Source of the DNA: Chloroflexota bacterium
GTDB taxonomy: Bacteria; Chloroflexota; Dormibacteria; DASZGP01
DNA: 44,613 bases
Assembly (NCBI GenBank): GCA_034666445.1
Contig: JAXDLV010000079.1
Coordinates: 1-44,613 of the forward strand
Direction: 5' to 3'
Part shown: positions 18,076-26,173 of the stretch, piece after piece
Position numbering within the stretch: the first letter of the stretch is position 1
Layout of the letters: each line of letters starts with the position of its first letter
Position numbers and translations under genes: made by a program
The notes under the pieces: model-generated
Told to the model about the DNA's origin: nothing
What the model saw: only the letters and a program-made list of their open reading frames with translations
Databases searched by the model: none

Positions 18076-19808
18076 GCCTCCTGTCGGTCGAAAAGGTCTC
18101 CCTGAACTTCGGCGGCGTCCTCGCGCTCGACAGCGTCTCCTTCCAGCTCAACCGTGGGGAGATCCTGGGGCTGATCGGCCCCAACGGTGCAGGCAAGACG
18201 ACCATGTTCAACTGCATATCCGGGGTGCTCACGCCCACCGCGGGCGAGATCACATTCGAAGACCAAAGCCTGCTCGGGCTGAAGGCGCATGAGCGCGCAG
18301 CGCGGGGCATCGCCCGGACGTTCCAGAACCTGCAGCTGTGGAGGACCATGACCGTCCTGGAGAACTGCAAGACCCCGATGGATGCCCTGGGCAACAGGGG
18401 TATTGTCAGCGACGCGCTGCGGATGCCGTGGGCGACCCGAGCCGAGCGGGCGGGGGACGAGCGCGCCCGTGCTGTGCTCCACGTCCTCGACCTGCTCCAT
18501 CACAGGGATGAGCTCGCGGGCGATCTTCCGGTCGGGATCCAGCGCCGCGTGGAACTGGCGCGCGCACTCTGCATGCGTCCCAAGCTGCTGCTGCTGGATG
18601 AGCCGGCGTCCGGTCTGGACGCTGGCGAGACGGAGCATCTCGCCGATACCCTCCAGGTCATTCGCGACCGGTTCAAAGTCAGCATTCTGCTCGTCGACCA
18701 CGATATGAGCCTGGTGATGCGCGCCTGCCACTACATCTACGTGCTGGACTTTGGTGAGGTCATCAGCACGGGGCGCCCCGAGGATGTACGGGAGGACCCC
18801 ATCGTCATCTCCGCGTACCTGGGGGAGGGGAGCGGCGCCGCGGACCAGGCGCCTGCCGCGGGTAATGGGCGAAAGAGGACGAAGTCCCAGGGCGGAACGC
18901 TCGAGTCCGACACGCTGCCAGAGCGAGAGCCCCTCCTCGTCGTTTCCGGCCTGCGCGCCGGCTACGGCGGGATCGAGGTCATTCGCGATGTCTCCATGAC
19001 CGTTGGGGTGGGCGAGGTGGTCGCCTGCATCGGTGCGAACGGGGCCGGAAAGACCACCACGCTCCGGGCGATATCGGGGGTGGTCAGACCATCCGCAGGC
19101 AGGGTGATGCTGGACAACGTCGACATCACCAAGAAGACTTCCGAGAGCATCGTGCGGTTGGGCATGGTCCACGTACCCCAGGGCCGCGGTCTCTTCCCGA
19201 AGCTGACGGTCGATGACACGTTTGCCCTGTCCGCGTACAGCGGCAAGGCCGGCGGCGGCCTCGATGCCGTGTATGAGGCCTTCCCGGCGTTGAAGGACCG
19301 CGGCAGTCAGCTGGTTGGCACGCTTTCCGGAGGCCAGCAGCAGATGGTGGCCATGGCCCGGGCGCTCCTGGTGAAGCCAAAGCTCCTGCTCATCGATGAG
19401 ATGTCCCAGGGCCTCGCCCCAGCGGTGGTGAGCCAGCTGTTCGAGCGGTTGTCGATCTTCAAGCAGCAGGGGATCGCGGTGCTGCTGGTCGAGCAGTTCG
19501 TCGACAGCGCCCTGGCGATCTCGGACCGCGTGTACGTGTTCGAGCAGGGCCACGTTGCCCACGAGGCGGTCGCCTCCGTGCTCCGCAGAGACCAGGCCCT
19601 GATCGCCAGCGCCTACCTGGGGACTGCGGTTGACGTGACCTCGACGGGCGGCGAGGAACCTCGCGAGCTCGAGCCGGGGCTGATGGACGAGCTGTCGGTG
19701 AAGCTGCCGGCAGAAATAAAGCGGGCACTGCAGGAGCGGGCGTTGCAGGAAGGCAAGGACACGGATACATTGGCAATGGAACTTCTGGGGGGTAAGGCGA
19801 AGAAATGA
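18072..19808 (+). CDS. Fused LivG-LivF-type double ABC ATPase with an RHH-like C-terminal tail
   Basis: GTG 18072 (GTGA overlap with livM). First half: GLIGPNGAGKTT ... LLLLDEPASGLD. Linker: GEGSGAADQAPAAGNGRKRTKSQGG. Second half: CIGANGAGKTT, SGGQQQMVAMARAL, LLIDEMSQGLAP. A roughly 60-aa tail follows SAYLG. Confidence 0.88.
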   Translation: MSLLSVEKVSLNFGGVLALDSVSFQLNRGEILGLIGPNGAGKTTMFNCISGVLTPTAGEITFEDQSLLGLKAHERAARGIARTFQNLQLWRTMTVLENCKTPMDALGNRGIVSDALRMPWATRAERAGDERARAVLHVLDLLHHRDELAGDLPVGIQRRVELARALCMRPKLLLLDEPASGLDAGETEHLADTLQVIRDRFKVSILLVDHDMSLVMRACHYIYVLDFGEVISTGRPEDVREDPIVISAYLGEGSGAADQAPAAGNGRKRTKSQGGTLESDTLPEREPLLVVSGLRAGYGGIEVIRDVSMTVGVGEVVACIGANGAGKTTTLRAISGVVRPSAGRVMLDNVDITKKTSESIVRLGMVHVPQGRGLFPKLTVDDTFALSAYSGKAGGGLDAVYEAFPALKDRGSQLVGTLSGGQQQMVAMARALLVKPKLLLIDEMSQGLAPAVVSQLFERLSIFKQQGIAVLLVEQFVDSALAISDRVYVFEQGHVAHEAVASVLRRDQALIASAYLGTAVDVTSTGGEEPRELEPGLMDELSVKLPAEIKRALQERALQEGKDTDTLAMELLGGKAKK

Positions 19809-21157
19809 CGGTTCTGAGGTTGAGCAGGGTGTTGGCGATAGGAGCCTTGCTGGCCACCCTCGCCCTGGTGGTTGCGGCGACCGCGGCGTTCGCCGACATT
19901 CCCGCGGGTGTCGACAGTTATGGGGGCGTCGCTCATGCGGCCGGCGTTCACGTCGTTGGCGGCACGAGCCAGCTGCCGAACTTCTCCACCGGTGCGATCG
20001 ATAATCGCTACCCGCTGGCCGCGGCGGGCCAGGATTCGTCGCCTTCAACCCATGCCACTGGGGCGGTCGAAGACTACGGCCCGCTGGCCGGGAATATCTT
20101 CTCCGGGGATCCGCCCCAGCCGCTGTGCCCGGACCCGCCGCCGGCGCCAGGCTTCCCCTGCACCAAGATTCCGTTCCCGCCGCATGCCCCACCACCCGAC
20201 CTCTACGCCAACGCGCAGTACCCGGGAGCGCCTGCGGATTCGACCTACACCAGCGGTCAGAACGCGAATCCACCGGCCGCCACCCCTGACCACGCCGAGG
20301 CTCACGCCAAGGAGCTTTCCGCCGATGCCCTGGCCACCTATAGCGGCGATGCCAGCAGCCCATTCCATAACACAACCGCTGAGAGCCACACCAAGGTCAA
20401 CGCCGACGGCTCGATTGAGATCAACACCCACTCGCATGTTGGCTCCGCCAGCTTCAGTAACGGGGTGGTGAAGGTATCAGACGTTGACGTCATCACCTAC
20501 TTCAAGTCGGTGGCCGGACGCGCCGTGGTGGCGGACACGATCACCGTTGGTTCGGTGACCGTTACCGAGAACGGACAGGAACACCCGATCGCCCTTACTG
20601 ATGAGGGTGTGACGATTCCGAGCCAGCTGATCAAGCCGGTTCCCAACGTGCCCACGCTTCCGGGTCAGGTCGTCGTGCCGACAGGATCGGCTCTGCAGAC
20701 GCCCGTGTTTCATATCTTCACAGTGAAGCCAGAGCGGCAGACGGAGGGTGGTAACGGCAGCATGTTCGCCACTGGCCTGCACATCGGAATGACGACGCCC
20801 GAGGTCAACGGCATCCCTTCCTGGTACATCGAGTACATCCTCGGGGAGGGACAGGTGGTGGGGAGCCACACGCCATCGCAGCCGCTCTCCGACTTCACCT
20901 CAGGCTCGGGCAGCGACTTCGGACTCAACGACAGCTCCTCCAGCCCGGCGTTCCAGGAGAGCTTCACCGGCGCGGCGCCAAGTACGATCATCACAAAGAC
21001 CAAGCCAGGCACAGCAACTGCGACTCGCCCTGGTTTCCTGCTGAGCGCGGCCGAAAGGATCCCGCTGGCGTACCTCTTCTTCCTATGGGAGGCCCTTGTC
21101 CTTGGGGCAGCGGCGTCCTGGGTTTGGGCGCGCCGCGGGCGGCTGAAAACGGCCTGA
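19805..21157 (+). CDS. Secreted, C-terminally membrane-anchored protein of unknown function
   Basis: 450 aa, with an ATGA overlap with the ATPase. Signal peptide (...AATAAFA/DIP), a Pro-rich segment, a Ser/Thr/Val-rich (probably beta-rich) region, then a C-terminal TM plus basic tail (LAYLFFLWEALVLGAAASWVWARRGRLKTA). High GC3. Confidence 0.75.
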   Translation: MTVLRLSRVLAIGALLATLALVVAATAAFADIPAGVDSYGGVAHAAGVHVVGGTSQLPNFSTGAIDNRYPLAAAGQDSSPSTHATGAVEDYGPLAGNIFSGDPPQPLCPDPPPAPGFPCTKIPFPPHAPPPDLYANAQYPGAPADSTYTSGQNANPPAATPDHAEAHAKELSADALATYSGDASSPFHNTTAESHTKVNADGSIEINTHSHVGSASFSNGVVKVSDVDVITYFKSVAGRAVVADTITVGSVTVTENGQEHPIALTDEGVTIPSQLIKPVPNVPTLPGQVVVPTGSALQTPVFHIFTVKPERQTEGGNGSMFATGLHIGMTTPEVNGIPSWYIEYILGEGQVVGSHTPSQPLSDFTSGSGSDFGLNDSSSSPAFQESFTGAAPSTIITKTKPGTATATRPGFLLSAAERIPLAYLFFLWEALVLGAAASWVWARRGRLKTA

Positions 21158-21417
21158 TGGCAGTCGTCTCGAGGGCGTCGCGGACCAAGGAGGTCGCGCA
21201 CTGCCGCCTCGACGACTGGGACTTCGACCCCAGCATCACGGATGGCGCATGTCCCATCTGTGGCTGGGTCGCTGATGGCTATCCCAAGGTCAAGCCCAGG
21301 TGGCGCCAGGTCGCCGAGACCATCGAGTGGGAGTACGTCGGCTTGCTGGTGCTGTTCGCGGTCCTTGTGTGCCTGGGGGTGCTGGTCGCGCAGGCGGCTG
21401 GGATCATTCACCTGTAG
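21157..21417 (+). CDS. Small tail-anchored protein with an HC...CxxC motif, unknown function
   Basis: 86 aa from ATG 21157 (TGATG overlap with the upstream stop). AHCRLDDWDFDPSITDGACPICGW, then TM helix YVGLLVLFAVLVCLGVLVAQAAG. Confidence 0.6.
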   Translation: MAVVSRASRTKEVAHCRLDDWDFDPSITDGACPICGWVADGYPKVKPRWRQVAETIEWEYVGLLVLFAVLVCLGVLVAQAAGIIHL

Positions 21418-21447
21418 CGACCCCAGCCGGTGCTTTCCGGCGTGCGA

Positions 21448-21999
21448 CTAGACGCTGAGCATCCGCCAGGCTGAGTAGGCCTCGGCAACGCCGGCGATGC
21501 TCATGCCGGCGAGAAGCGCCTCGACGGGGACCCCGGTGCCAAACGGCGCAGTGCTGATCGTCCAGGGCGGCCGGTTGCCGGCGAGGAAGGCGATGTTGAC
21601 CGCGGTGACCGCACCGATCAAGGAGGCCGAGCCCGCCGCCAGGATGGCCCAACGCCGCACCCGCCCAACCGGCAGCAGGACGACGACCGTGGCCACGAAC
21701 AGCGTGACCCCGAGGACCAGCTCGACGCCCTCGACCACCCGGGGGAACAGGCCGGGGGCGAGGTTGACCAGCGCCAGCATCTCGTCTCGGTAGGGGACGT
21801 GTGAGCCGGCGATGAAGCCGACGAACTGGCGCACGAAGACCGGGTTCTGCACCTTGGAGAGCCCGGAGAACAGCCACTCCCAGGCCTGTACGGCGCTCAG
21901 GGTGGCAAGACCGACGAAGGCGCCCATGCGGGGCACCGCCACGGGGGCGGCAAGTGCCCGCAACCTGGACTTGGACGGAGAGACCGATGTAGCAGCCAT
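21448..21999 (-). CDS. Integral membrane protein, DoxX-like (tentative)
   Basis: 183 aa, about 4 TM. AAGGAAG lies upstream of the ATG. The family call is by general resemblance only. Confidence 0.6.
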   Translation of the reverse strand: MAATSVSPSKSRLRALAAPVAVPRMGAFVGLATLSAVQAWEWLFSGLSKVQNPVFVRQFVGFIAGSHVPYRDEMLALVNLAPGLFPRVVEGVELVLGVTLFVATVVVLLPVGRVRRWAILAAGSASLIGAVTAVNIAFLAGNRPPWTISTAPFGTGVPVEALLAGMSIAGVAEAYSAWRMLSV

Positions 22000-22146
22000 C
22001 TGCTCTTCCTTCTATTCGGTTGCTTCTTCCAAAAACATCTCGGAAGTAGCTCCATAACTTCCAACCATCGCTACGTTCTGGAAATTCCGAACGCCGAGGC
22101 GGGTCTCGGTCGCCGGCAGGCATGGCGGGGGGCCTAAACTGCCGTC

Positions 22147-22323
22147 ATGGGGCGGCGGGGTCTGACCCGACGGGCGGTGGCGATGGCGATGCTTCTGCAG
22201 GGTGTGTTCCTTGCGTACATCTGGCTCCGGGAGGCGTTCACCGCCAGGCCGGCGGGGGAGGGGACCCCGATCTACATCGAGCTGATGGGCCCGCCGGCCG
22301 AACGACCAACGATGGCCGCCTGA
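22147..22323 (+). CDS. Possible 58-aa single-TM mini-protein (not in the ORF track)
   Basis: ATG 22147 ... TGA 22321-22323, with a TGATG overlap with the next gene. Product MGRRGLTRRAVAMAMLLQGVFLAYIWLREAF... Its third positions are mostly G/C, whereas the track extension of the downstream ORF in this region is Gly/Arg-rich. Confidence 0.4.
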   Translation: MGRRGLTRRAVAMAMLLQGVFLAYIWLREAFTARPAGEGTPIYIELMGPPAERPTMAA

Positions 22324-22823
22324 TGCCCCGCGTCAGCACCGTCCGCCTCCTCACGGGCCTGAGCATGATGTGCGCCGCGGGGCTAGCTGTGTTGGTTGAC
22401 GTCGGACGAGGTGCCGACCTCGACAAGGTCATCATGGTCACCGTGATGTCTGTCGTGGCGGCCGGCGTGGCCGTCCCCCTCGGCAGCCTGACAGCGCGGT
22501 GGGCGTGGAGCGCGGCAGAAGAGCGCGAGCCCCCTCGGCAGGCCGCCACATCGAGCGTTACGACGGCACGTCTGGTGATCGCGGCGGCCATCATCGCCCC
22601 TGCCGCGCCGGTCTTGGCCTTCGCAACGCTGGGGCCGCTGCTGCCTGCTGTCTACGCCACTGCCGGCTTCGTCGCCGGGGGTGCGGCGACGGCGGCATCA
22701 GGCCTGCGCCTGCGCCAGCGGGAGCGCCGCGAGGGTCTTGAGCTGAAGCAAGACTCGCTGTGGGTTGGCAGCCCCTACCTGGCGCGGGCTTCAGCCATCT
22801 CCAAGGGGGGTACGACTGGATAG
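22323..22823 (+). CDS. 4-TM membrane protein, paralog A of a tandem pair
   Basis: 166 aa from ATG 22323. It ends ...GLRLRQRERREGLELKQDSLWVGSPYL, parallel to the next gene. Confidence 0.65.
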   Translation: MPRVSTVRLLTGLSMMCAAGLAVLVDVGRGADLDKVIMVTVMSVVAAGVAVPLGSLTARWAWSAAEEREPPRQAATSSVTTARLVIAAAIIAPAAPVLAFATLGPLLPAVYATAGFVAGGAATAASGLRLRQRERREGLELKQDSLWVGSPYLARASAISKGGTTG

Positions 22824-22850
22824 CCTCGTTCCTCGGGCCCAGAGCCGTCG

Positions 22851-23327
22851 ATGACGCCCAGGCTCAGCAGGTACAACGTGACCCTCGGCGCCGCCGTAGT
22901 CGTGGTCGCCGCTGTCGCGACTCTCCTCAACTTCGCCCGGACAGGGGAATCGGGCGTATTGATGGTCGTCATCGCCATCGGTCTGGTCGTTGGTGTGCTG
23001 AATGTCGCCCTGTCAGGAAAGCTGGCCCGCCGCGTTTGGGGCAGGGCAGGACCTCCCGCCACCGAGCCACCGCCGTCACTCTCCGCAGCGAGTTGGTTGG
23101 CGTTCGCACTGGTGATGCTGGGCCTCGGCGTCGTCGTCATCGTCTACAGCGTTTTTGCCCCGTTCCGTGCAGCCATAGGACTGCCGGGCATCCTGATGGG
23201 CGTCGGCAGCGGATACATCGCGGTGGGCATTCAGCTCCGGCGCCTGGAAGAGCGTGAAGGCATGCAGATCAGGATCGGCTCGATCTGGAGCGGCCGCCCG
23301 GTTCTCTGCCCGCCCCCAGTTCCCTAA
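22851..23327 (+). CDS. 4-TM membrane protein, paralog B of a tandem pair
   Basis: 158 aa. It ends ...GIQLRRLEEREGMQIRIGSIWSGRPVL, with the same topology as paralog A. Confidence 0.7.
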   Translation: MTPRLSRYNVTLGAAVVVVAAVATLLNFARTGESGVLMVVIAIGLVVGVLNVALSGKLARRVWGRAGPPATEPPPSLSAASWLAFALVMLGLGVVVIVYSVFAPFRAAIGLPGILMGVGSGYIAVGIQLRRLEEREGMQIRIGSIWSGRPVLCPPPVP

Positions 23328-23410
23328 CGCCGTCAGATCAACCACGGCTTCAAGCGTCCCGTGGTGTGGTGGGGGACGCCACGGCGCCACCCTCGCTCCG
23401 GAAAACACTT

Positions 23411-23440
23411 AGCGTCGTAAATGGTATCTTTTACGACGTT
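23411..23440 (+). other. AT-rich hairpin / inverted repeat in an intergenic region
   Basis: GTCGTAAA-TGGTATCT-TTTACGAC (23414-23437), extendable to 23411-23440, followed by TCTAGAGATATC. It could be a weak terminator for 22851-23327 or an operator for 23513-23872. Confidence 0.3.
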
Positions 23441-23512
23441 TCTAGAGATATCAGGGCAAAAGGGGGCCTCGTCAGCCCTCGACACCGAATCGGGCCTATC
23501 TTCAGCCCATCG

Positions 23513-23872
23513 ATGCAACGGCGTTATCTTGTCCCGGTGGACGCCCTCGAGCGGGTTGCTGCCGACGAAGCCGCGAGGGCCATCTACCAACGGCTGCTAG
23601 CTGCCCTGGATGCGATCGGTCCATACACCGTTGAGCCCGGTCATGCCTCTTTCCTGGTCCGCAACGGTCGGGCCTTCCTGGGGATACATCCCCGCCGCGC
23701 CGGGCTCCTGGTAAACGTGGTGACTGACGACGAAATCGACAGCCCGCGGATGGCCAAGGTCGAGCGCCTGTCCCGGAACCGGGTTCACAACGAGGTCCGG
23801 TTGGAGCGGCCTGGCGACGTGGATGCCGAGCTGATCGACTGGATCACGCGGGCTTACAACCTGACGCGTTAG
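23513..23872 (+). CDS. DUF5655-like small cytoplasmic protein (tentative family)
   Basis: 119 aa from ATG 23513. ...YTVEPGHASFLVRNGRAFLGIHPRRAGLLVNVV...NEVRLERPGDVDAELIDWITRAY resembles DUF5655-type proteins. Confidence 0.65.
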   Translation: MQRRYLVPVDALERVAADEAARAIYQRLLAALDAIGPYTVEPGHASFLVRNGRAFLGIHPRRAGLLVNVVTDDEIDSPRMAKVERLSRNRVHNEVRLERPGDVDAELIDWITRAYNLTR

Positions 23873-23878
23873 CCCGCC

Positions 23879-24535
23879 TCACGCGAAGCCGAGTATCACC
23901 AGGAAGGCGCCGATCACCATGAGGATCGTGCCGAGCAGCCTCCCCGGCAGCAGGCATATCGCCGCCAGCAGGATAGCTGCTGCGATGATGAAAAGAAGCC
24001 CTTCGTCCGTGCTTTCGAAGCCATTCAGGACATTGAGGGCATCGGCCGCGCCCGACCCCCTCGATCCTCCAGGATCGGGTTTGAGCACCCTCGACACGAG
24101 GGCGTCGTGGTCCAGCGCGAAGACGATGCCGCTGACAATCAAGATGACCAACCCGGCCACAGTGGCTCTCGACGGGAACAGTCCCGCGGCGACGAGGGCC
24201 TGGTTTCCCAGCATCAGAAGGCCAAACGTGCCCGCCAACGTGACCGCCCCACCCGCTATCAGCCCGATGGCGGTGACCCGCGCCCGGACAATCCCGAACA
24301 CCAGTGACACCTCCGGCTCCCGCCAGCGCATCTGCCGGACCGCCACCACCCCAAGTGCCACCGTCAGGACGACGCCGGTGCCGAACACGATGAGACCCAG
24401 GCGTGCGTCGAGCGAGCCGACGCCCTGGCCGTGCCGGCTGACGTAGTCGGCAAGGCCCCCGGCGGCGATGGTGAGCGCCAGCGCCAGCACAAACAGGACG
24501 GCGGTGAACAGCCCGGGCCTCGACTCATCCATCAC
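23879..24535 (-). CDS. Polytopic membrane protein, unknown function
   Basis: 218 aa, about 6 hydrophobic helices, high GC3, GTG-ATG start. Confidence 0.7.
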   Translation of the reverse strand: MMDESRPGLFTAVLFVLALALTIAAGGLADYVSRHGQGVGSLDARLGLIVFGTGVVLTVALGVVAVRQMRWREPEVSLVFGIVRARVTAIGLIAGGAVTLAGTFGLLMLGNQALVAAGLFPSRATVAGLVILIVSGIVFALDHDALVSRVLKPDPGGSRGSGAADALNVLNGFESTDEGLLFIIAAAILLAAICLLPGRLLGTILMVIGAFLVILGFA

Positions 24536-24791
24536 TCCGTACTAATTCGCCGGCTGCGCCGGGGTTACGGTCAGGCGCCAGCGGCGGTGAGATGACTGAC
24601 ATCTGGAGCGGCGCCATCTCCGACCACCAGGACTACTACGTAGCAGCCCGGCCATGTAACACCGTGTTGCGCGCGTAGCCGGGATGCACGATGATTGCCT
24701 CGCTGGCGTAATACAGCGCGGCGGGCGGCTACCAACGGCAACAGCGCGTCAAACGACGCGCCGGGGGTGGGCGGGGTACCCAGGAGAAAGA

Positions 24792-26021
24792 GTGGCGGGG
24801 CTGATCTTCCGACGACTGCGGCAGGCGATCTGCGCGGCGGCCATCCTGGCCACGGGCACGGCGGGCGCGCTACCGGCGAGCCCGGTGGCCGCTGCCAACG
24901 GGTTCACCACCCCGCTGCTGCTTGGCGGCGGCGAGTACGAGCCTGACCTCAAGATCGCGCCGAACGGCACCCTGTGGATGGCGCAGAGTGACGTCGATGT
25001 CGGGGGCGAGAGTTTCCTCCTTCGCTCCACCGATGCCGGCTCGACCTGGTGGAGGCGGCCCGCGACGTCCGATGTAGGAAACGCCCACGTCGCGATCGCG
25101 GCGTCCCCGGACAACAGCCTGTACATGCTCGACAGCTCGGACGCATCCAGCACCGCGACAGTGACCCACGACGGGGGCGCGACGTGGGGATACAACCCCG
25201 CCGCGACCGGTCCGATGCCCAACCGGCCGTGGCTTGCGTCCTCCGCGAGCGCCCAGTACGTGGTGGAGCCCACCGGGGACGCGATAACAGTCTCGAAGTC
25301 CCCCCAGACAGGCCTGACATACCCAATCACAACCGTCGCGGTCAGCCCGGCGGAACTGAAGAAATGCCTCTGCCTGCCGGGGAACATAGTCGCCGAGGGC
25401 ACCAAGAACCTGGGCAAGGGTGACCGCGTGGGGTTCGCTTACACCACGGCCCACGGGGTCGGCTTCGCGCGGTCGACCAATGGCGGCCTGGCTTTCACCC
25501 AGTCCACCGTTCGCTTCGCCGGGGCAGCGACACGGGTCCACGGGATCCCCAGGATCGCCAACGGCGGCAACGGCCGACTCGCCGCCGTATGGGTCGAGCT
25601 CGCAGGCGGTCGGACCACCCTGGTGTCAAGCCAGTCCATGGATTTCGGCCTGACCTGGAGCGGACCAGCGGTGCTGGTGGCCGGTGGCACCTCGCTGCTC
25701 CCCGCGATTGCCGTAAGAGGCGACAAGGTGTCGGTGAGCCTGCTACATGCCGACGCCCCTGTGGACCCTGAGACCGAGTATGCGTCCTACAGGATGAGCT
25801 ACCTGGAGAGCGACGACGGCGGTGCTTCCTTCACCAGCCTGGTCACGGTCGACGACAACGTGGCCCGCATCAACCCCAATTGCGTCCCTGCCGCCCTATG
25901 CCCGGAGAACCTGAACACCTCCGTGGAGATCGACACCCAGGGCCGCGCCAATGTTGTGTGGCCGACGTACAGCCCGAACCACTATGCGTTCCCCTACATC
26001 GCGTACGCGCGCCAGGTCTGA
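24792..26021 (+). CDS. Secreted BNR/Asp-box repeat (sialidase-fold-like) protein
   Basis: GTG 24792 lies 5 nt after AGGAGA. Signal peptide, then repeated SxDxGxTW-type boxes: STDAGSTW, THDGGATW, STNGGLAF, SMDFGLTW, SDDGGASF. Confidence 0.8.
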   Translation: MAGLIFRRLRQAICAAAILATGTAGALPASPVAAANGFTTPLLLGGGEYEPDLKIAPNGTLWMAQSDVDVGGESFLLRSTDAGSTWWRRPATSDVGNAHVAIAASPDNSLYMLDSSDASSTATVTHDGGATWGYNPAATGPMPNRPWLASSASAQYVVEPTGDAITVSKSPQTGLTYPITTVAVSPAELKKCLCLPGNIVAEGTKNLGKGDRVGFAYTTAHGVGFARSTNGGLAFTQSTVRFAGAATRVHGIPRIANGGNGRLAAVWVELAGGRTTLVSSQSMDFGLTWSGPAVLVAGGTSLLPAIAVRGDKVSVSLLHADAPVDPETEYASYRMSYLESDDGGASFTSLVTVDDNVARINPNCVPAALCPENLNTSVEIDTQGRANVVWPTYSPNHYAFPYIAYARQV

Positions 26022-26173
26022 TCGGCGGCTGCGTTCGCGCGCCCACCAGCTGACCCTGTAGCCGCGGAGCGCCCCGGCCCCGGGGTGATAGATTTGCGCT
26101 GCAGGTCGCCGCGTCCGGGGGTTGCGACGTGGTCCAGTCCTGTTCATCGTGATGCGAAGGAGATTGCCGGCTG

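Noticed and set aside
18015-20375. A 786-aa minus-strand ORF across the ABC ATPase gene and the following gene.
   Set aside because: The same reasoning applies. It lies opposite clear Walker A/B and signature motifs, and its composition is Arg/Pro/Gly-dominated.
24536-24791. A 256-nt intergenic region upstream of the BNR-repeat gene, examined as a possible riboswitch, sRNA or small ORF (a 28-aa ATG ORF lies near 24589).
   Set aside because: I could not recognise any known RNA-motif core. The small ORF has no usable SD and no distinctive sequence. A covariance-model scan would be needed to exclude a structured RNA.
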